Below, one piece after another: positions 47,670-61,344 of a DNA stretch of 64,000 bases. The position numbers and the translations under genes were made by a program. Numbering within the stretch: the first letter of the stretch is position 1; every line of letters starts with the position of its first letter. The DNA comes from the human T2T-CHM13v2.0 reference genome, Homo sapiens. A model generated the notes under the pieces. That model saw nothing but the letters and a program-made list of their open reading frames with translations, ran no database searches and was not told the origin of the DNA. The stretch is taken from the NCBI RefSeq assembly GCF_009914755.1, contig NC_060947.1; one strand, 5' to 3'.

Positions 47670-49230
47670 AATTGTACTGTTCAAAAATATTCACTTTTCT
47701 CTCCACACATCTCCATAAGATAAGTGTGTTTTGCTCCGTTGATTTGGGGCTTGACCAATGGATTTCACTTATCTATTGTTACAAAACTAGCTACCCCAAA
47801 AGTTAGTGGCTTAAAACAACAATGAACCATTTATTATGATTCTGTAGGTTTTCTGGGGCACAGGCAGAGGTTCTTCTATTCGTCTTAATTGGGTTCTCTT
47901 CATCTGCATTCAACTAGGGCCTAGCTGAGGCTAAAATGTCCAGGATGTTTCATCCTTCAGGAGTTCTCTTTACATGGCTTCGAATCATTCTGTAGTCCAA
48001 TCTGGAATTCCTACCAGCGTGCCAGCTGTGTCCTAAGACAGAGGAAGTGGAAGCTATCAGCTTTTAAGACTTGGGCTTGAAAGCTGCAAGATGCCACTTC
48101 TTGCCACATTCTGTTGGTCAAGGCAAATTCACATGGCCGGCTCAGATTCACTGGGATGGGAAATAGCTCCATTTTTTGATGATCGGAGAAGCACATACAT
48201 ACAGGGAAAGGAGGAATTGATGGTAGTCATATATGGAGATAGAAACCATACCATGTAACTTGCTTAGTCAAAGGAATGTCAAGTCAATGGACTTGACATC
48301 CAAGGACAGGCTATAAGTGTAACCACCCAATGGGTTCACCTGGTTTGCTGCCTAGACAGAGCCAATTTATCATGACAGGGGAATTACAATAGAGAAAGAG
48401 TAACTCACGCAGAGCCAGCTTTGCAGGAGACTGGAGCTTTATTATTACTCAGATCAGTCTCCATGAAGGGGGAGCAGAGTTTTTAAGGACATTTATTGGG
48501 TGGGGGGAAGCCAGTGAGCCAGGAGTGCTGATTGGTCAGGGATGAAATCATAGGGAATTGAAGCTGTCCTCTTGTGTTGAGTCAGTTCTGGGTGGGGGCC
48601 ACAAGATCAGATGAGTCAGTTTATCCATCTGGGTGGCACCAGCCGATCCATCAAGTGCAGGGTCTGCAAAATATCTCAAGTACTGATCTTAGGAGCAGTT
48701 TAGGGTGGGTCAGAGTCCTGTAGTCTCCAGCTGCATGACTTCTAAACCTTGATTTCTAATCTTGTGGCTAATTCGTTAGTCCTACAAAGGCAATCCAGTC
48801 CCCAGGCAGGAACTATGTTTGTTTTGGGAAAGGACTGTTCTCTTTTAAACTATAAACCGTAAACTAAGTTCATCCTAAAGCTAGTTCAGCCTACACCCAG
48901 GAAAGAACCAGGACAGCTTAAAGGTTAGAAGCAACATGGAGTTGGTTAGGTCAGATCTCTTTCACTGTCTCAGTCATAATTTTGCAAAGGCGGTTTCATA
49001 AGTGTGTTTGCATAGTATGGCTGAATCTCTCTTGTCTTCCACTGAAACAAACATTTCCCAGATTGAGATTGCCCCTTCAGTCAAGGAGCTATGGCACAGG
49101 CTCTACCATAACCCAGAGCCAGAAGCATAGTCAAAGCAGCTTAGTTGTAGCCACTCACATATCAAATGAAGAATAAATGAATTATTTGTTGTTGTAATTT
49201 AACATTTGTTTATTAGGCAGTATAACCTAG
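47670..49230. mobile_element. Nested MLT1 LTR fragments (outer +; inner - at ~47770-48255) hosting LTR8
   Basis: TACCCCAAAAGTTAGTGGCTTAAAACAACAA..CTTGCCACATTCTGTTGGTCAAGGCAA; outer ends GAATAAATG..TTGTTGTTGTAA..AGCTGATGAATACA. Confidence 0.6.
48318..48998 (-). mobile_element. LTR8-family ERV1 solo LTR
   Basis: Reverse complement starts TGAAACCGCCTTTGCAAAATTATGACTGAGACAGTGAAAGAGATCT; perfect TSD TAAG. Confidence 0.92.
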
Positions 49231-50270
49231 TGCTAGCTGATGAATACAGAGGTAGAGCTAGGATTTGAACTTAGGAAATGCAGTTTGAGAATCCAGGCTC
49301 TTAGCCACTACACTATATATTTCACCTGGAAGCAGTATTTCATCTTTGGATTCAGAAGGCCTTGAGGGTTCTGAGACAAATTGGGAGTATCAGGGAGAAT
49401 CAAGGAGAGACATTCTGCAAATTTGAAGAGGTAGGGCTACAGCAAAAAGTTTACCTATTACAAGATGTGATCCAATTTATATCAGAAGCTAGACAAGTGG
49501 GCTATTCTGCTTATCCAACTAATCTATGCAACACATTCCTCACCGCTACTACATCTTAACCTCCACCCCGATTAAAGAAGGCTTTAATTCCTACTTTCAT
49601 TATTTACCACTTTTAAAAGTTTGAAAAAAGTATTAAAAGTAGATTATTCTGTAAGGGAGAAATATTCCTCATTTCAAGTCAACATTAATTTTGTTTTTTT
49701 TACTAATATTAAAGATTGAGAGAGAGATCTGCTAAACATTTAATTTTAAATATCGAGAGTTTTTTGTACAACAATCCAATGGGTAAGGCTCAGTTCTTGT
49801 GTTACCCAGTCTGTCAGCATTATGAGACAGAGTTGAGTACTCTTTATCCATTAATTACACTTCTTTCCTGTGGCTCCTGAGACGCAGTACTCTTGGGTTT
49901 CCTCCTACCTCCCTGGTTGTCTCTTCTCAGTCTCTTCACCAGTATCTCTTTTTAATCCTGCTCTCCATAATGGAGTGCCCTGGAGCCCTATTGTCATTCA
50001 TCTTCTCTCCTCTGTCTACACTCACTCAATTGGTGAACTCATTTGGTTTTTAAATACTTAAATAATGTCTATATATTGATGACTCCAAATTTATCTGCAT
50101 TCCAGATCTCTGTCCTTAACTTCAACTGTTTATTTGACATCCATTTAGATGTTACATAGACATCTCAAAATCACCGTTCCAAACCGAACTCCTGTTTCCC
50201 TCCCATTCCCGTCTCCAAAATTTGCTTTACTCATGGCTTTTTTTCATCTCAGTTGATGGCAACCCTATTC

Positions 50271-50518
<248 letters not shown>

Positions 50519-50639
50519 ATGGCAACCCTATTCTTTGGTGAGTTGCTTAGGCCCAACACCTTGGAGTCATCCATATTTCTCTCTTCGATATTCCATATTA
50601 AATCCATCAGGAAATTCTGTTGACACTACCTTCCAGATA

Positions 50640-50974
50640 GAGTCATGCACCACATAATGATGTTTCAGTGACGATTCACGTGTACAACAGTGGTCCCATA
50701 TGATTATTAATGCCGTATTTTTACCGTACTTTTTCTACGTTTAGATACACAAATACTGACCATTGTGTCACAGTTGCCTATAGTATTCAGTACAGTCACA
50801 TGCTATACAGGTTTGTAGCCTAGGAGGAACAGGCTATAGCATAGAGTCTGGGTATGTAGCAGGCTATACCATCTAGGTTTGTGTAAGTATACTCTATGAT
50901 GTTTGCATAGTGACAAAAGTGCCGAATGATGAATTTTTCAGAATGTATTCCTGCCATTAAGTAATGCATGACTG
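50640..50974 (+). mobile_element. Tigger3a (MER7A)-like TcMar MITE
   Basis: TA|xAGTCATGCA..CATAATGA ... TTAAGTAATGCATGACTG|TA terminal inverted repeats; TTTGTAGCCTAGGAG.AACAGGCTATA core. Confidence 0.88.
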
Positions 50975-51214
50975 TATATCCATATTCTTCTCACTTTCCA
51001 TCACCTCCCTATGACCCCTGGTCTGAGTCCTTGCCATCTCTCACCTGCTTATTGCAATTGCCTCCCATGGGTGTTTTTGATTCTATCTTTGCACCCTTTT
51101 AGTCTACATAGTAAACAGACTGATCCTTTAAAATGTAAGATCACAGCACTTCTCTGCTCCAGTGATTTTCCATCTTACAGTAAAAGCCAAAGTCCTTACT
51201 TTGATTTATAAGAC

Positions 51215-53313
51215 TGCTAGAGACTGAATGTGTGCCTTCAAAATGCATATGTTGAAATCTAAACCCTAAATGTGATAGTATTAGGAGGTGGAACCTTTGG
51301 GAGATAATTAGGTCATGAGGGTGGAACCCTCATGGATGGGATTAGTGATGCTATAAAAGAGACCCCAGAGAGCTCCCTCACCTTCTGCAGTATTAGGACA
51401 GAATGAGAAGATGGTCGTCCATGGATAGGGAAGCAGACAACAAATCTGCCAGCATCTTGATCTTGAACTACCTAGCCTCTAGAACTTCAAGAAATAAACT
51501 TCAATTGTTATCCAGTCTATGGTAGTTTACTATAGCAGTTTGAACTAAGACAGAAAACTGGTACTGAGAAATGAGGATGCCGCTGTAACAAATACTTTAG
51601 AATGTAGAAGTGGCTTAGAAACTAGGTAAGGAGAAGGGGCTGAGAGAGTTTTGAGGTGTATGCTAGAAAAAAACAGATTTTCATGAACAGACTTTTAAAG
51701 GTGATTCTAGTAAGCGATCAAGGAAAAAAAGAGAGCTGTAGAGAACGCCCCAAATTTCTTCGAGAATACATAAATGATCATGAACAAAAAGTTGGTAAAA
51801 ATATGAACGGTTAAGATTGTTCTGATGAGGTCTCAGATGGAAATAAGGAGCCCATTATTGGAAACTGGAGGAAAGGACGTTTTTGCTATAAAGTGGCAAA
51901 GAGTGCAGGGGAATTGTGTTCATGTTCTACTGCTTTGTTGAAGGTAGAACTCACGAGTAATGAAATTAGGTATTTAGCTGAAGCTATTTCTAAGCAAAGT
52001 GTTGAAGGTGTGGACTGGCTTTTCCTGACTGCTTATAGTAAAATGCAAGAAGAGAGAAATGAGTTGAAGATAGAATTGTTAAGCAAAAATGAGGCAGAGT
52101 GTAAAGATTTGGAAATTTCTTGACCTATCCATATTGTAAAAAATGAAAATACTAAGGGTCTAGCCAAGTGACCATTTGATAATAGATGTGAATCACAAAC
52201 GTAATCAGCAACCCCAGAAAGAAAACTGCCACGTTGAACTGAAGAGGAGGAATGAGGAGGGAAGGAAAGAAGAAAGGCTGTTGGACTTCTTGGATTTGAC
52301 AGGGCAGGACCACAGAGCCATTCGGCTTTCAGTGTGCTCTATTCTTCAAGACAAGGAAGAATGAGTCCAAAAGCGATTTAGAGATCATCAGGGATGCCTC
52401 TCCATTTCAAAGGTGAGTAACATGACCTTGCTTTCAGCAGGCCAGACAATCTCCTCACAGAGGTGTTGCGGGTGGGCCTGTAGCCCCAGTGAATCCAGAA
52501 GGCAGAACCTTCACCCCAGTGTGATTGGATGGCAGAGCATCAAGCCAAAGAGGATTATTCTTGAGGTTTAAGATCTCATGGAGGTTTCCTTGTTAGGTTT
52601 TGGACTTGCTTGGGATCCATCACCCCTTCCTTTTTTCCTCTTTCTCCCTTTTGGAATGAAAATGTCTATCCTATACTTGCCCCAACAATTGTATTTTGGG
52701 GAAACACGTAGCTTGTTTGGCTTCACGGTTCACAGCTGGAGGTAAATTTTATCGCAGGATGAATCATACCTCGAGTCTCACCCATATCGGATTTAGATGA
52801 TATTTAGATGAAATCTTAAGCTTTAGACTTTAGAGGTGATGCTGGAATGACTTAAGACTCTTGGGGCTGTTGGGAAGGAATGAATGTATGTTACATGTGA
52901 GAAGGACATACATTTTGGGGGGCTGTGGCAGAATGCTGTATACTGAATGTTTGTGTGCCTCTACAATTCATATGTTGAAACTCTACCCCCCATGTAATGG
53001 TATTAGGAGGTGAAGTCTTTGGGAGATAATTAGAATTAGATACGGTAATGAGGGTGGAGCCCTTATGAATGGAATCAGTGCCCTTATAAGAGTCACAAGC
53101 AAGCTTGCTTCCCCTCCCTGTTCTCTGCCATGTGAGGATAGAATAAGGAATCAGCACTCTGCAATCTGGAAGAGGGACCTCACCAGAACCCAGTCATGCT
53201 GGCATCCTGATCTTGGACATTTATCTCCCAAAACTGTGAGCAATACATTTCTGCTGCTTATAAGCCACCCGGTATATGGTATTTTGTTGTATCAGCCCTA
53301 GCTAACTAAAATA
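51215..53313 (+). mobile_element. MLT1A-type MaLR LTR-int-LTR element
   Basis: LTRs 51215-51552 and 52934-53313; internal GAAAACTGGTACTGAGAA...; perfect 5-bp TSD AAGAC; gag-like remnant ORF 51893-52123. Confidence 0.92.
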
Positions 53314-53400
53314 AAGACTCTATATGTGATCTGGTTCTCGTCACTGAGGACCCCATCTTGTATTCTAAGTGCAGACATAGATCCAGACACATTGTAGGTA

Positions 53401-53479
53401 TTAGGTTGGTGCAAAAGTAATTGCGGTTTTTCCCATTACTTCAATGGCAGGAACTGCAATTACTTTTGCACCAACCTAA
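53401..53479. mobile_element. MADE1 (Hsmar1-derived MITE)
   Basis: TA|TTAGGTTGGTGCAAAAGTAATTGCGG...GCAATTACTTTTGCACCAACCTAA|TA palindromic 79-bp element. Confidence 0.97.
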
Positions 53480-54426
53480 TACATAGCTATTTGATGAACA
53501 GATAAATGAATGAAGCTATAGGGAAGTTCTTTAAACCCCAAGTCCTATATAGGTTAAGAAATATTTCAAAATGGTACTGTTTCTTTTTGTTTTTAGTTGG
53601 AAGTCCAGCAAGATGTGTTCATATTTTTTTACAAAAGCTGGTAGGAAGTAAAGATGAAGAGGAATTTGGCCTGCCTCACCAAATTCTTTATATTCTTCTG
53701 TTCCCAGGAATGGGTTGAATGAATTCAGCAGCCCTCAGCTACACTTTAATGGCACATGGCCACATCTGGCTTCTCTGAGCTCACACAGCTGTTCTGTCAA
53801 CTCCCCGTGGGTTTATGTCCCCTCCTCTTCTAGGAAATTGCACTGCCAATAGCCCTAATGAAGCAGCAGGAGTTTCCTGAGGGGAATGCATTGCTGACAA
53901 GTATAATTACTATTAGCAGCTGTGGGGCCTCTGGCTCCATGAAAGTAACCCATCCACCTGTCAGAGTGTGCAGCAGGACTGCTAAAGCTGCACCTAGCAG
54001 CCGGTCCAGCACTCTAAGCTAGGCCACCATGTGATGAAAACAAGAGACTGGCATTTGGAAGCCAATTGAGAATATTTACTTCAAATGTTCAAATTTCTGC
54101 AACCCAGCTGCATGGGTTGTGGAGCCACAGCAAATCAGCAATTAACATTTTTCAGTTGAGTGCGATCATTGTCTTTTTCAAGCATCCATAATGCCTGCCT
54201 ATACTTAGAAAGGAGTGGGTGTCCTCACAAGGATGCAGGAGATTCTAATTATATTTATTTTTTGCCAAAAAAGAAAGAAAATTAGTTTCGTTAATATTTA
54301 ATAACTGCTTGACATTTGTTTCTTTACTGGGTCAGTGTATGAGACCTTCACATCCCACTTCTGAGAGGATTTAAAATTCTGTAGTGAGAAGGGGCTTATA
54401 GTGACTCCCATTTGTTGACATATTTC

Positions 54427-54892
54427 TATGGTAGATTACATATGGCTGCAAATTCTTTTCTACTTTTGAGAGGTAGATTCTAATCGCCCTGCCACTTAAA
54501 GCTTGGCTGGTTTTAGTGACTTACTTGCCCAATAGAGAATGGTAGAAGTGATACTATGCCAGTTATGGGTTTAGCCTATACAAAGACTAACAGCTTTGGC
54601 ATTGCCCTTTTAGAACTTTGGGGCAACCATGTTGTGAGGAAGCCCAAGCTAGCCAAATGGATGGGCTGTGTGGAGAGAGAGAGGGATGTCTAGCTAACCC
54701 CATTGCTTCATCCCCTAGATAATCAAATCATGCCAGCTGAGGCCCCAAACATTGTGGAGCAGAGATGAATTGTTTCTACTGTGCCCTGTGCAAATTCCTG
54801 ACCCACAAAATTTTAATATTTAATTAGTGATAAATTATTGCCTTAAGTTCCTACGCTTTGGGATAGTTATATAACAGTAGGTAATAGATGCA
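54427..54892 (+). mobile_element. MLT1H-like LTR
   Basis: ATGGCTGCAAATTCTTT, CCATGTTGTGAGGAAGCCCAAGCTAGCC, CCAGCTGAGGCCCCAAACATTGTGGAGCAGAGA, AATTCCTGACCCACA. Confidence 0.8.
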
Positions 54893-55439
54893 ATTGCATT
54901 TTTTATGAGCCTAATTGAGAAGATTTACAGATTAAGTTTAAATGAACTCTTGAAACACTGATAAAGGCCTCAAGAGATTTCTACAAAGAAACCTTAGATG
55001 GATCAAAATACCAAGACTAATACAAATAAATGGAAGAGCTGACACTTCTCCTACACTTAGAACTAAGTCTTCGTCAGTCAGTCATATTCTGAGGGAAAAG
55101 TAGTGACAATCTTATCAAATGTAACTAGAGGTTATAAAAAATTGAAATTATTAAAGAAGACCATCTGAGATATTAATATACACCCACAATCATTAACAAT
55201 GTACATCACCCTGAGTATATATTAGCCTTGAGATATTAGCCAATGATAACATGAAGCTATCATGATTAGCAAGGCATTGAATGCTAAGTATTCAGGATAT
55301 GCAGCCAAACTTCTACAATTCAATGGCAGAAGTGGTTTTTTTTTCCTTAATCATGAACAAAAATCAAAAGAATGTCTAGTTTATTTTATATCATCCTCTA
55401 AAAATGTCAGCTTTTATGTGTTTTACAATTCCTATACAT

Positions 55440-56588
55440 TAGTACAATAGTTATGTATAAAATTTACATATATATAATCATATACACAAGGGTGTGAAAT
55501 GTACACATGCAAATGAAAGAATGATAAAACACACATTCATGGACCTACCAACCAGCTTCAGAAATAAAGCATTACCACTAACTTGGAAGCTCTCTGGAGA
55601 CCTTTTCCCTGAACCCTAGGTGACCACTATCCTGGATATTGTGTTGATAATTAGCTTCTTTGCTTCATAGGTTGGTTTTTTTTTTTTTAAATCACATGTG
55701 AATGTATCTCTAAGCATTGTTTAGTTTTCCCTGATTTGAATGGTAGCAAACTGAATTTATACTGTATGTATTCTTCAGTGACTTGACCCTCTCAGCTAAA
55801 CTTTTTGTCTTTGACACTTGTTCATGTTAACGCATGTGGCTATAGTTCATTCATGTTCACTGTTGTATAGGATTCCAGTATATGTATATGCCTCAGTCTT
55901 ATTGTCTTTTTACTGGTAATGATGAGTTGTTTTCAGCATTTTGTTCTCAGGAACAAGGCTGCTGTGAGCATTTTTTCTGTATCTCTTGGTATGTATTCAA
56001 GAAGCTCTCTAGGGTATATACCTGGAGATGAAATTAATAGGTCATAGATATGTGTATGTTCAACTTAACTTTTTAAAATCTGATGGGCTTTTGCCAACAG
56101 TAGGCGAAAGTACATGTTGTTTTTCCATTTTTGACAATCCTTGATATTATCTGACTTTTAAATTTTGCCAATTCGGTGTGTGGAAAATGGTATCTTATGG
56201 TTTTAATTTGCATTTTCCTGAATATCAATAAGGTTCAGCATCTTTTCAAATGTTTATGGTAATTTTTATTTCCTCTTTGGTGAAATGTATGTATCCCTTT
56301 GTCAATAGCATAGTCTTAAATATTGTAGCCATTAAATAAGCCTTGATATTTCATAGGGCAAGTCTCCCTACCTTATCTTTCTTCTTCAGGAGTGTTTTTG
56401 CTGTTCCTGATCCAATTCTCTTCTATATAAATTGGGAGTCAGCTTCTCAAATTCCACACTTAACCCTATTGAGTCTTTGATTGAAAGAACATTGATTGTA
56501 TGGGTCTAACTGGGAAGAACTGACATCTTTACAAAGCTGAGTTTTCTAAACCAAGAATTTGCCATATTCCGCATTTACTTAAGAAGAC

Positions 56589-56624
<36 letters not shown>

Positions 56625-56985
56625 CGGAGTGTCTTTCTATACAGGATAATTTTTCCATAATAGGTTTACTCATCTTTTGCTAGATTTATTCCTCAAAACA
56701 TTTATCTCTGTTGTAAATTTAAATGGCACTTTAGAGAATTATATTTTCTAACCAATTTTTTTCTGGAGTATAAAAGGGTATTGATTTTTGTATTTTGACT
56801 TTGTGTTCAGCAATCTTGCCAACTGTCTTATTAGTCCTAATAATTTACCTTTATATTCTCTTGATTTTTCTGCATAGGAAATATCACCTACAAATAAAGA
56901 GAAATATTTGTTTTTCTTTATCAATCCAAAGACTTTTTTTGTGGTCTTACTGTACTGGCCAGAACCTCCAAAACAATGCTGACTT
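55440..56985 (-). mobile_element. Old L1ME-type fragment, with (AAAT)n at ~56591-56623
   Basis: CTCTAGGGTATATACCTGGAG, TGGTTTTAATTTGCATTTTCCTGA, GGAAGAACTGACATCTTTACA, ATTGATTTTTGTATT. Confidence 0.8.
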
Positions 56986-57079
56986 GAAGCTGTGTCAGCT
57001 AAGTTATGATATAGTAACAAGGAACCTGAAATTCTTAGAGGCTTATTTTTAAACTTATTTCTTGTTTGTGCTACTTTTC

Positions 57080-57352
57080 CATATTGAGTTGGCTAGAGCC
57101 TCCAGATCATTTTAATTCCAGAACAAAGGCTGAAGGGGAATCCCCTAGCTGGGACATTGCCAGAAAGTTAAATATGGTAGAATCTCATTATGGCTCTTAA
57201 ACCTTTCCTCAGAAGTGGGGCATGTCACTGCCAATCAATTTCATTAGCCAAAGCAAGTCTATTGGCTAAGGCTAACATCAACAGAGTGGATACATGTAAT
57301 CCTAAACAGGGAGTAGCAGCGAATATGTTAAACAGTAATACAGTCTATTACA
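57080..57352 (-). mobile_element. MLT1 (J/K-like) fragment
   Basis: TGGCTCTTAAAC..CAGAAGTGG..CATGTCAC..TTTCATTAGCCAAAGCAAGTC...AATACAGTCTATTACA. Confidence 0.6.
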
Positions 57353-57931
57353 GAGGGTTGCCCCTAATATTTTACTCATAGAAATATATCTTCAAGAATG
57401 TTTGAAGACCATCAGCTTAGAAGGGCAAGCTCAGCTTTCTCTGTTGTATATTCCATCCTTCTCCTTCTATCAGCTCTGCCTTCTCTTAGCTGACTGTATC
57501 TCTTCTTGCAGCCAAACATGGACCACTTTTTCCCCATCGGCGATCCTCATATTTCCCCAGATTTTCTCATCTTGCTCCTCTGGTAATGTCCAAACCCCTA
57601 CTCTCTTTCAAATAGGATCCCTCACTTCCTTCAAAGCGTGGTAGAGAACGACTTCTCCATGAGTCCTTCACTGCATAAGCCCAGCTCTCCTTACTGTAAT
57701 CTCTAGAACATGGCAGTCCACCCCACCAAACCATTGATTGAGTATATATTGCTTTGTACTATTCTCAAATTGTTGAGTGCATATAACATATCTTTTTGCT
57801 TCATCAAAATAAAATATAAGAATTAAATGAAAAGATATGTGAACATATAGTACCTGAAATGTGGTTTTTTTTTTTTTACTTAAGAATATTCAATTCTACT
57901 GTATTGAGAACAAGAAAAATAAAGACAATAG

Positions 57932-58259
<328 letters not shown>

Positions 58260-59186
58260 GAGAACCAATAGATTTTAAGATATCTTATACATGGCAAGGT
58301 AAGTGAAGCATATATGCTGAACATAGACAGGAAAGACTAAGTCAGACCAAACATTCATAAGAATTATAGATTTCATAAATCGGCCACCCATTAGGGCCAC
58401 CTGTTCTGGCCCCACATGTCTTCTGTTCTAGACACATAGACAAAAGCTGTAGATTATCTGCAAATTATAGCTGTGGCCAGGCACACTTATCCCTGTGTCT
58501 CTCTGATAGAGCAAGTGTGTATTGTATTCAGGTACCTGCCATTTGTTGAGTCTCATTGTTCACCTTAAACTCTGGTCTTGGTAACCACATCATCAGCAGG
58601 TGATGTGACAGGGAAAGACAGGATGTATAAACTTGGTATAACCCATGATTCAGACAGTGTGATTCCACCATCCCGTTTGCACCTTATCGCAGACATGTTA
58701 ACCCAAATCATCCCTTTCACTTTGCTTCTCATCATGTATTTTAAATAAACTAAAATTATGTGATTCGAGCATCATAATTTGGTCCTTTCTTTGACCTTTT
58801 CTTTTTTATCCCCTGGGATAGCTTGTCTGATAGTGTACTTGGAGTCTGCCTTTTGATCAAGATAATTTCCCACCACAATAGTAAGTGTTTGATCAATATT
58901 AATTTTGTCTATTTTCTCCCACTAAGCTCTTTGAAGGCAGCAACAATTTTTTTCTACTTTTTAAATGTCCTCACTAGCAACCAGAATTGAGTATGTGATA
59001 AATACTTACATATTTATTGATGAACATTTCCCCCAGTATCAAGTAGGCAAGATGTGAGAATAATGACATTACTGGTTGTGTTGAGATATATCAAGTTTTA
59101 TAGGTATGCTTCCAGCTCTAAATGGATGTGATTTTGAAACAAAAGTGTTTTATCTCATGTACACTATTCCAAACAATTGTTGACTG

Positions 59187-59252
59187 GTGTGTGTGTGTGT
59201 GTGTATGTGTGTGCGCGCACACATGCACGCATGCTTGTACAGGTGTGTGTGT
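59187..59252. repeat. (TG)n / alternating purine-pyrimidine tract
   Basis: Directly visible; includes the palindrome TGTGTGCGCGCACACA. Confidence 0.9.
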
Positions 59253-59396
59253 GGGGTAAAGCGTGTGTGGGAAGTTTGGGGGAGTGAGGAGTGGCAGAGG
59301 AAGAAACAAATACTTATTTTACAGTCACTCTGTAATATGGCTACCTGGCACTGTGCCTGGGTATTTACCTACATTGTATCATTTAATTCATTATAA

Positions 59397-59567
59397 GAGT
59401 GGTTCTCGAACTTTAGCATGTATAAAATCACCGGAAACGCTTGTTAAAGATTTTTAGGCTCTACCCTCAGAGCTTTCTCATTCTGTAGGTCTTGGGGTAG
59501 ACCTGAGAATTTGCATCTTAAACAGGTAGTGCTGCTGCTAATGTATGACTATACTTTGAAAACTGCT
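59397..59567. mobile_element. MER5A inserted in a MIR (~59310-59690)
   Basis: AGTGGTTCTCGAACTTTAGCATG..AATCACCGGA..TGTAGGTCT.GGG..CCTGAGAATTTGCAT..ACTTTGAAAAC. Confidence 0.8.
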
Positions 59568-60734
59568 TTATTATAAGAACTCTGGGAAGTAGTTATTATT
59601 TTACAGATAAGAAAATAAACTTAGGTAAATGTCTCAAGATCACACAATCAGTTGTGAAACTGGAATTTGAACACTGGCCCTTCTGGTTTCAAATGCTAAT
59701 TGGAATAGAAAGAAAGTGAGCCACATGATTGACTTCCTTGAGTTTCAGTGAAAAAAATCTTTGGAGTCTTGTGGAGATTGATGTGTAGTCTGCAAGTTCA
59801 CTGCAAAGCTCTTAACAAATTATTGTCTATAAAACCTTTATTGAATCTAGTTCAAGTATTATTGACTCACTACTGTCATCCTCCCTATTCCATACATAGC
59901 CTTGATGATCATATGCTCAAATCCAAAATTTTCATCTTTAGCTTTGCCTTGATGTTTAACAATTCCATAGTGTCAAATAGTTTTGCTATGCTTTCCCCCT
60001 ACCCTCATATGCTCACACCCTGTTTTCCATGAGGGTTGGTTCAGCGGGATACAGCATGACTTTAGTTCAACATAAAAATCATGTACATCAGTCTATTTTT
60101 TAAAAAAGTAGTCTTTGTCATCCATATTAAAGGTTTTTGATCACTTGCTTCTCAAGTTCAAGATGACTAATAAGAATTTCACTGAATGGCCGTGACACAC
60201 AATATCACTATCAAGAACATAAGCATCAACTTGCATTTATAGACTTTCCTAGTTTTGAAACTGCCTAAATATCTCTATTCTTCTTATCTAATCTTCTCAA
60301 CAACTGTTTGAAAATATTATCAATAACCCCAATTTACAGATAAAATCATAAGCTTGGAGCCAAAAGAAGAAACGTGACTAAGATTTCTAGACACAGTGTA
60401 GGTTCTCAGTAAATATTTGCTAAATAAATAAAAAAGACACAAGTCATACATGATTAAAATAGGCCTCAGATCTATAACGTTATCTTCATTTCCAATGGTT
60501 CCCTTTTATACACTTTTTAAAACTTGAAATCCTTCCATAGAGAAGCATCTTGCAAAGTCCACTTTTTTCTTTTTCCTTGTTACCCTAATATCCGTTTTTA
60601 TTGAGCTCTTGTCACATGCTAGGCGTATCACAGATGCTATCTTATTTATTCTTTCAATTAAGATTAGGATTTAATCTTATTTAATCCTATGAGGTGAATG
60701 TTGTTATTCCCATTCTAAAAATAAGAAAGGGACA

Positions 60735-61079
60735 TTCTATAAAATAATTGGCATGTTCTCAATGTCACAAAGACCAAAAAAAAAAAAAAAAGCAGAGACT
60801 AAAGACAGATGAAAACCAAATGCAGTATGTGATCTTGGACTAGATCCTAGAATGAAAGTTTTCTTGTTCTTCCTCCTCTCCTCCTCCTCCTCCTCCTCTT
60901 CCTCCTCCTCCTCCTCCTCCTTCTTCTCTACGAAATGCATTATTGGAACAATTCATTTATTTGAAATATGGATTGTTGATTAAATAAAAATATTGCATCA
61001 ATGTTAAGTTTCCTAAATTTGATTACTATCTTGTAGTCATATAAGAGAATATCCATTTTCTTAGGATATACACACTGGA
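60735..61079 (+). mobile_element. Old L1M 3' fragment with (TCC)n at ~60870-60925
   Basis: AAATGCAGTATGTGATCTTGGACTAGATCCT, TGCATCAATGTTAAGTTTCCTAAATTTGAT, GAGAATATCC.TTTTCTTAGGA. Confidence 0.7.
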
Positions 61080-61340
61080 TGCTATAGTTTGAATGTGTCC
61101 CCGAAGTTCATGTGTTGGAAACTTAATCCCCAATACAACAGTTTTAAGAGGTGATTATGCCATGAGGGCTTTGCCTTCACGCATGGATTAATGCCATTAT
61201 CACAGGAGTGGGTTTCTGATAAAAGGAGGAGTTTATCCCCCTCTCTCTTGCCCTTTTGTGCCCTTCTGCCTTCCACCATGGGATGACACAGCAAAAAGGC
61301 CCTCTCCACATGCCAGCCCTTGATCTTGGACTTCACATCT
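61080..61340 (+). mobile_element. MST (D-like) LTR, 3'-truncated
   Basis: TGCTATAGTTTGAATGTGTCCCC.AAGTTCATGTGTTGGAAACTTAATCCCCAAT. Confidence 0.85.
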
Positions 61341-61344
61341 CTTA

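Noticed and set aside
60737-60940. Poly-Glu ORF
   Set aside because: Translation of a (TCC)n microsatellite within an L1 remnant.
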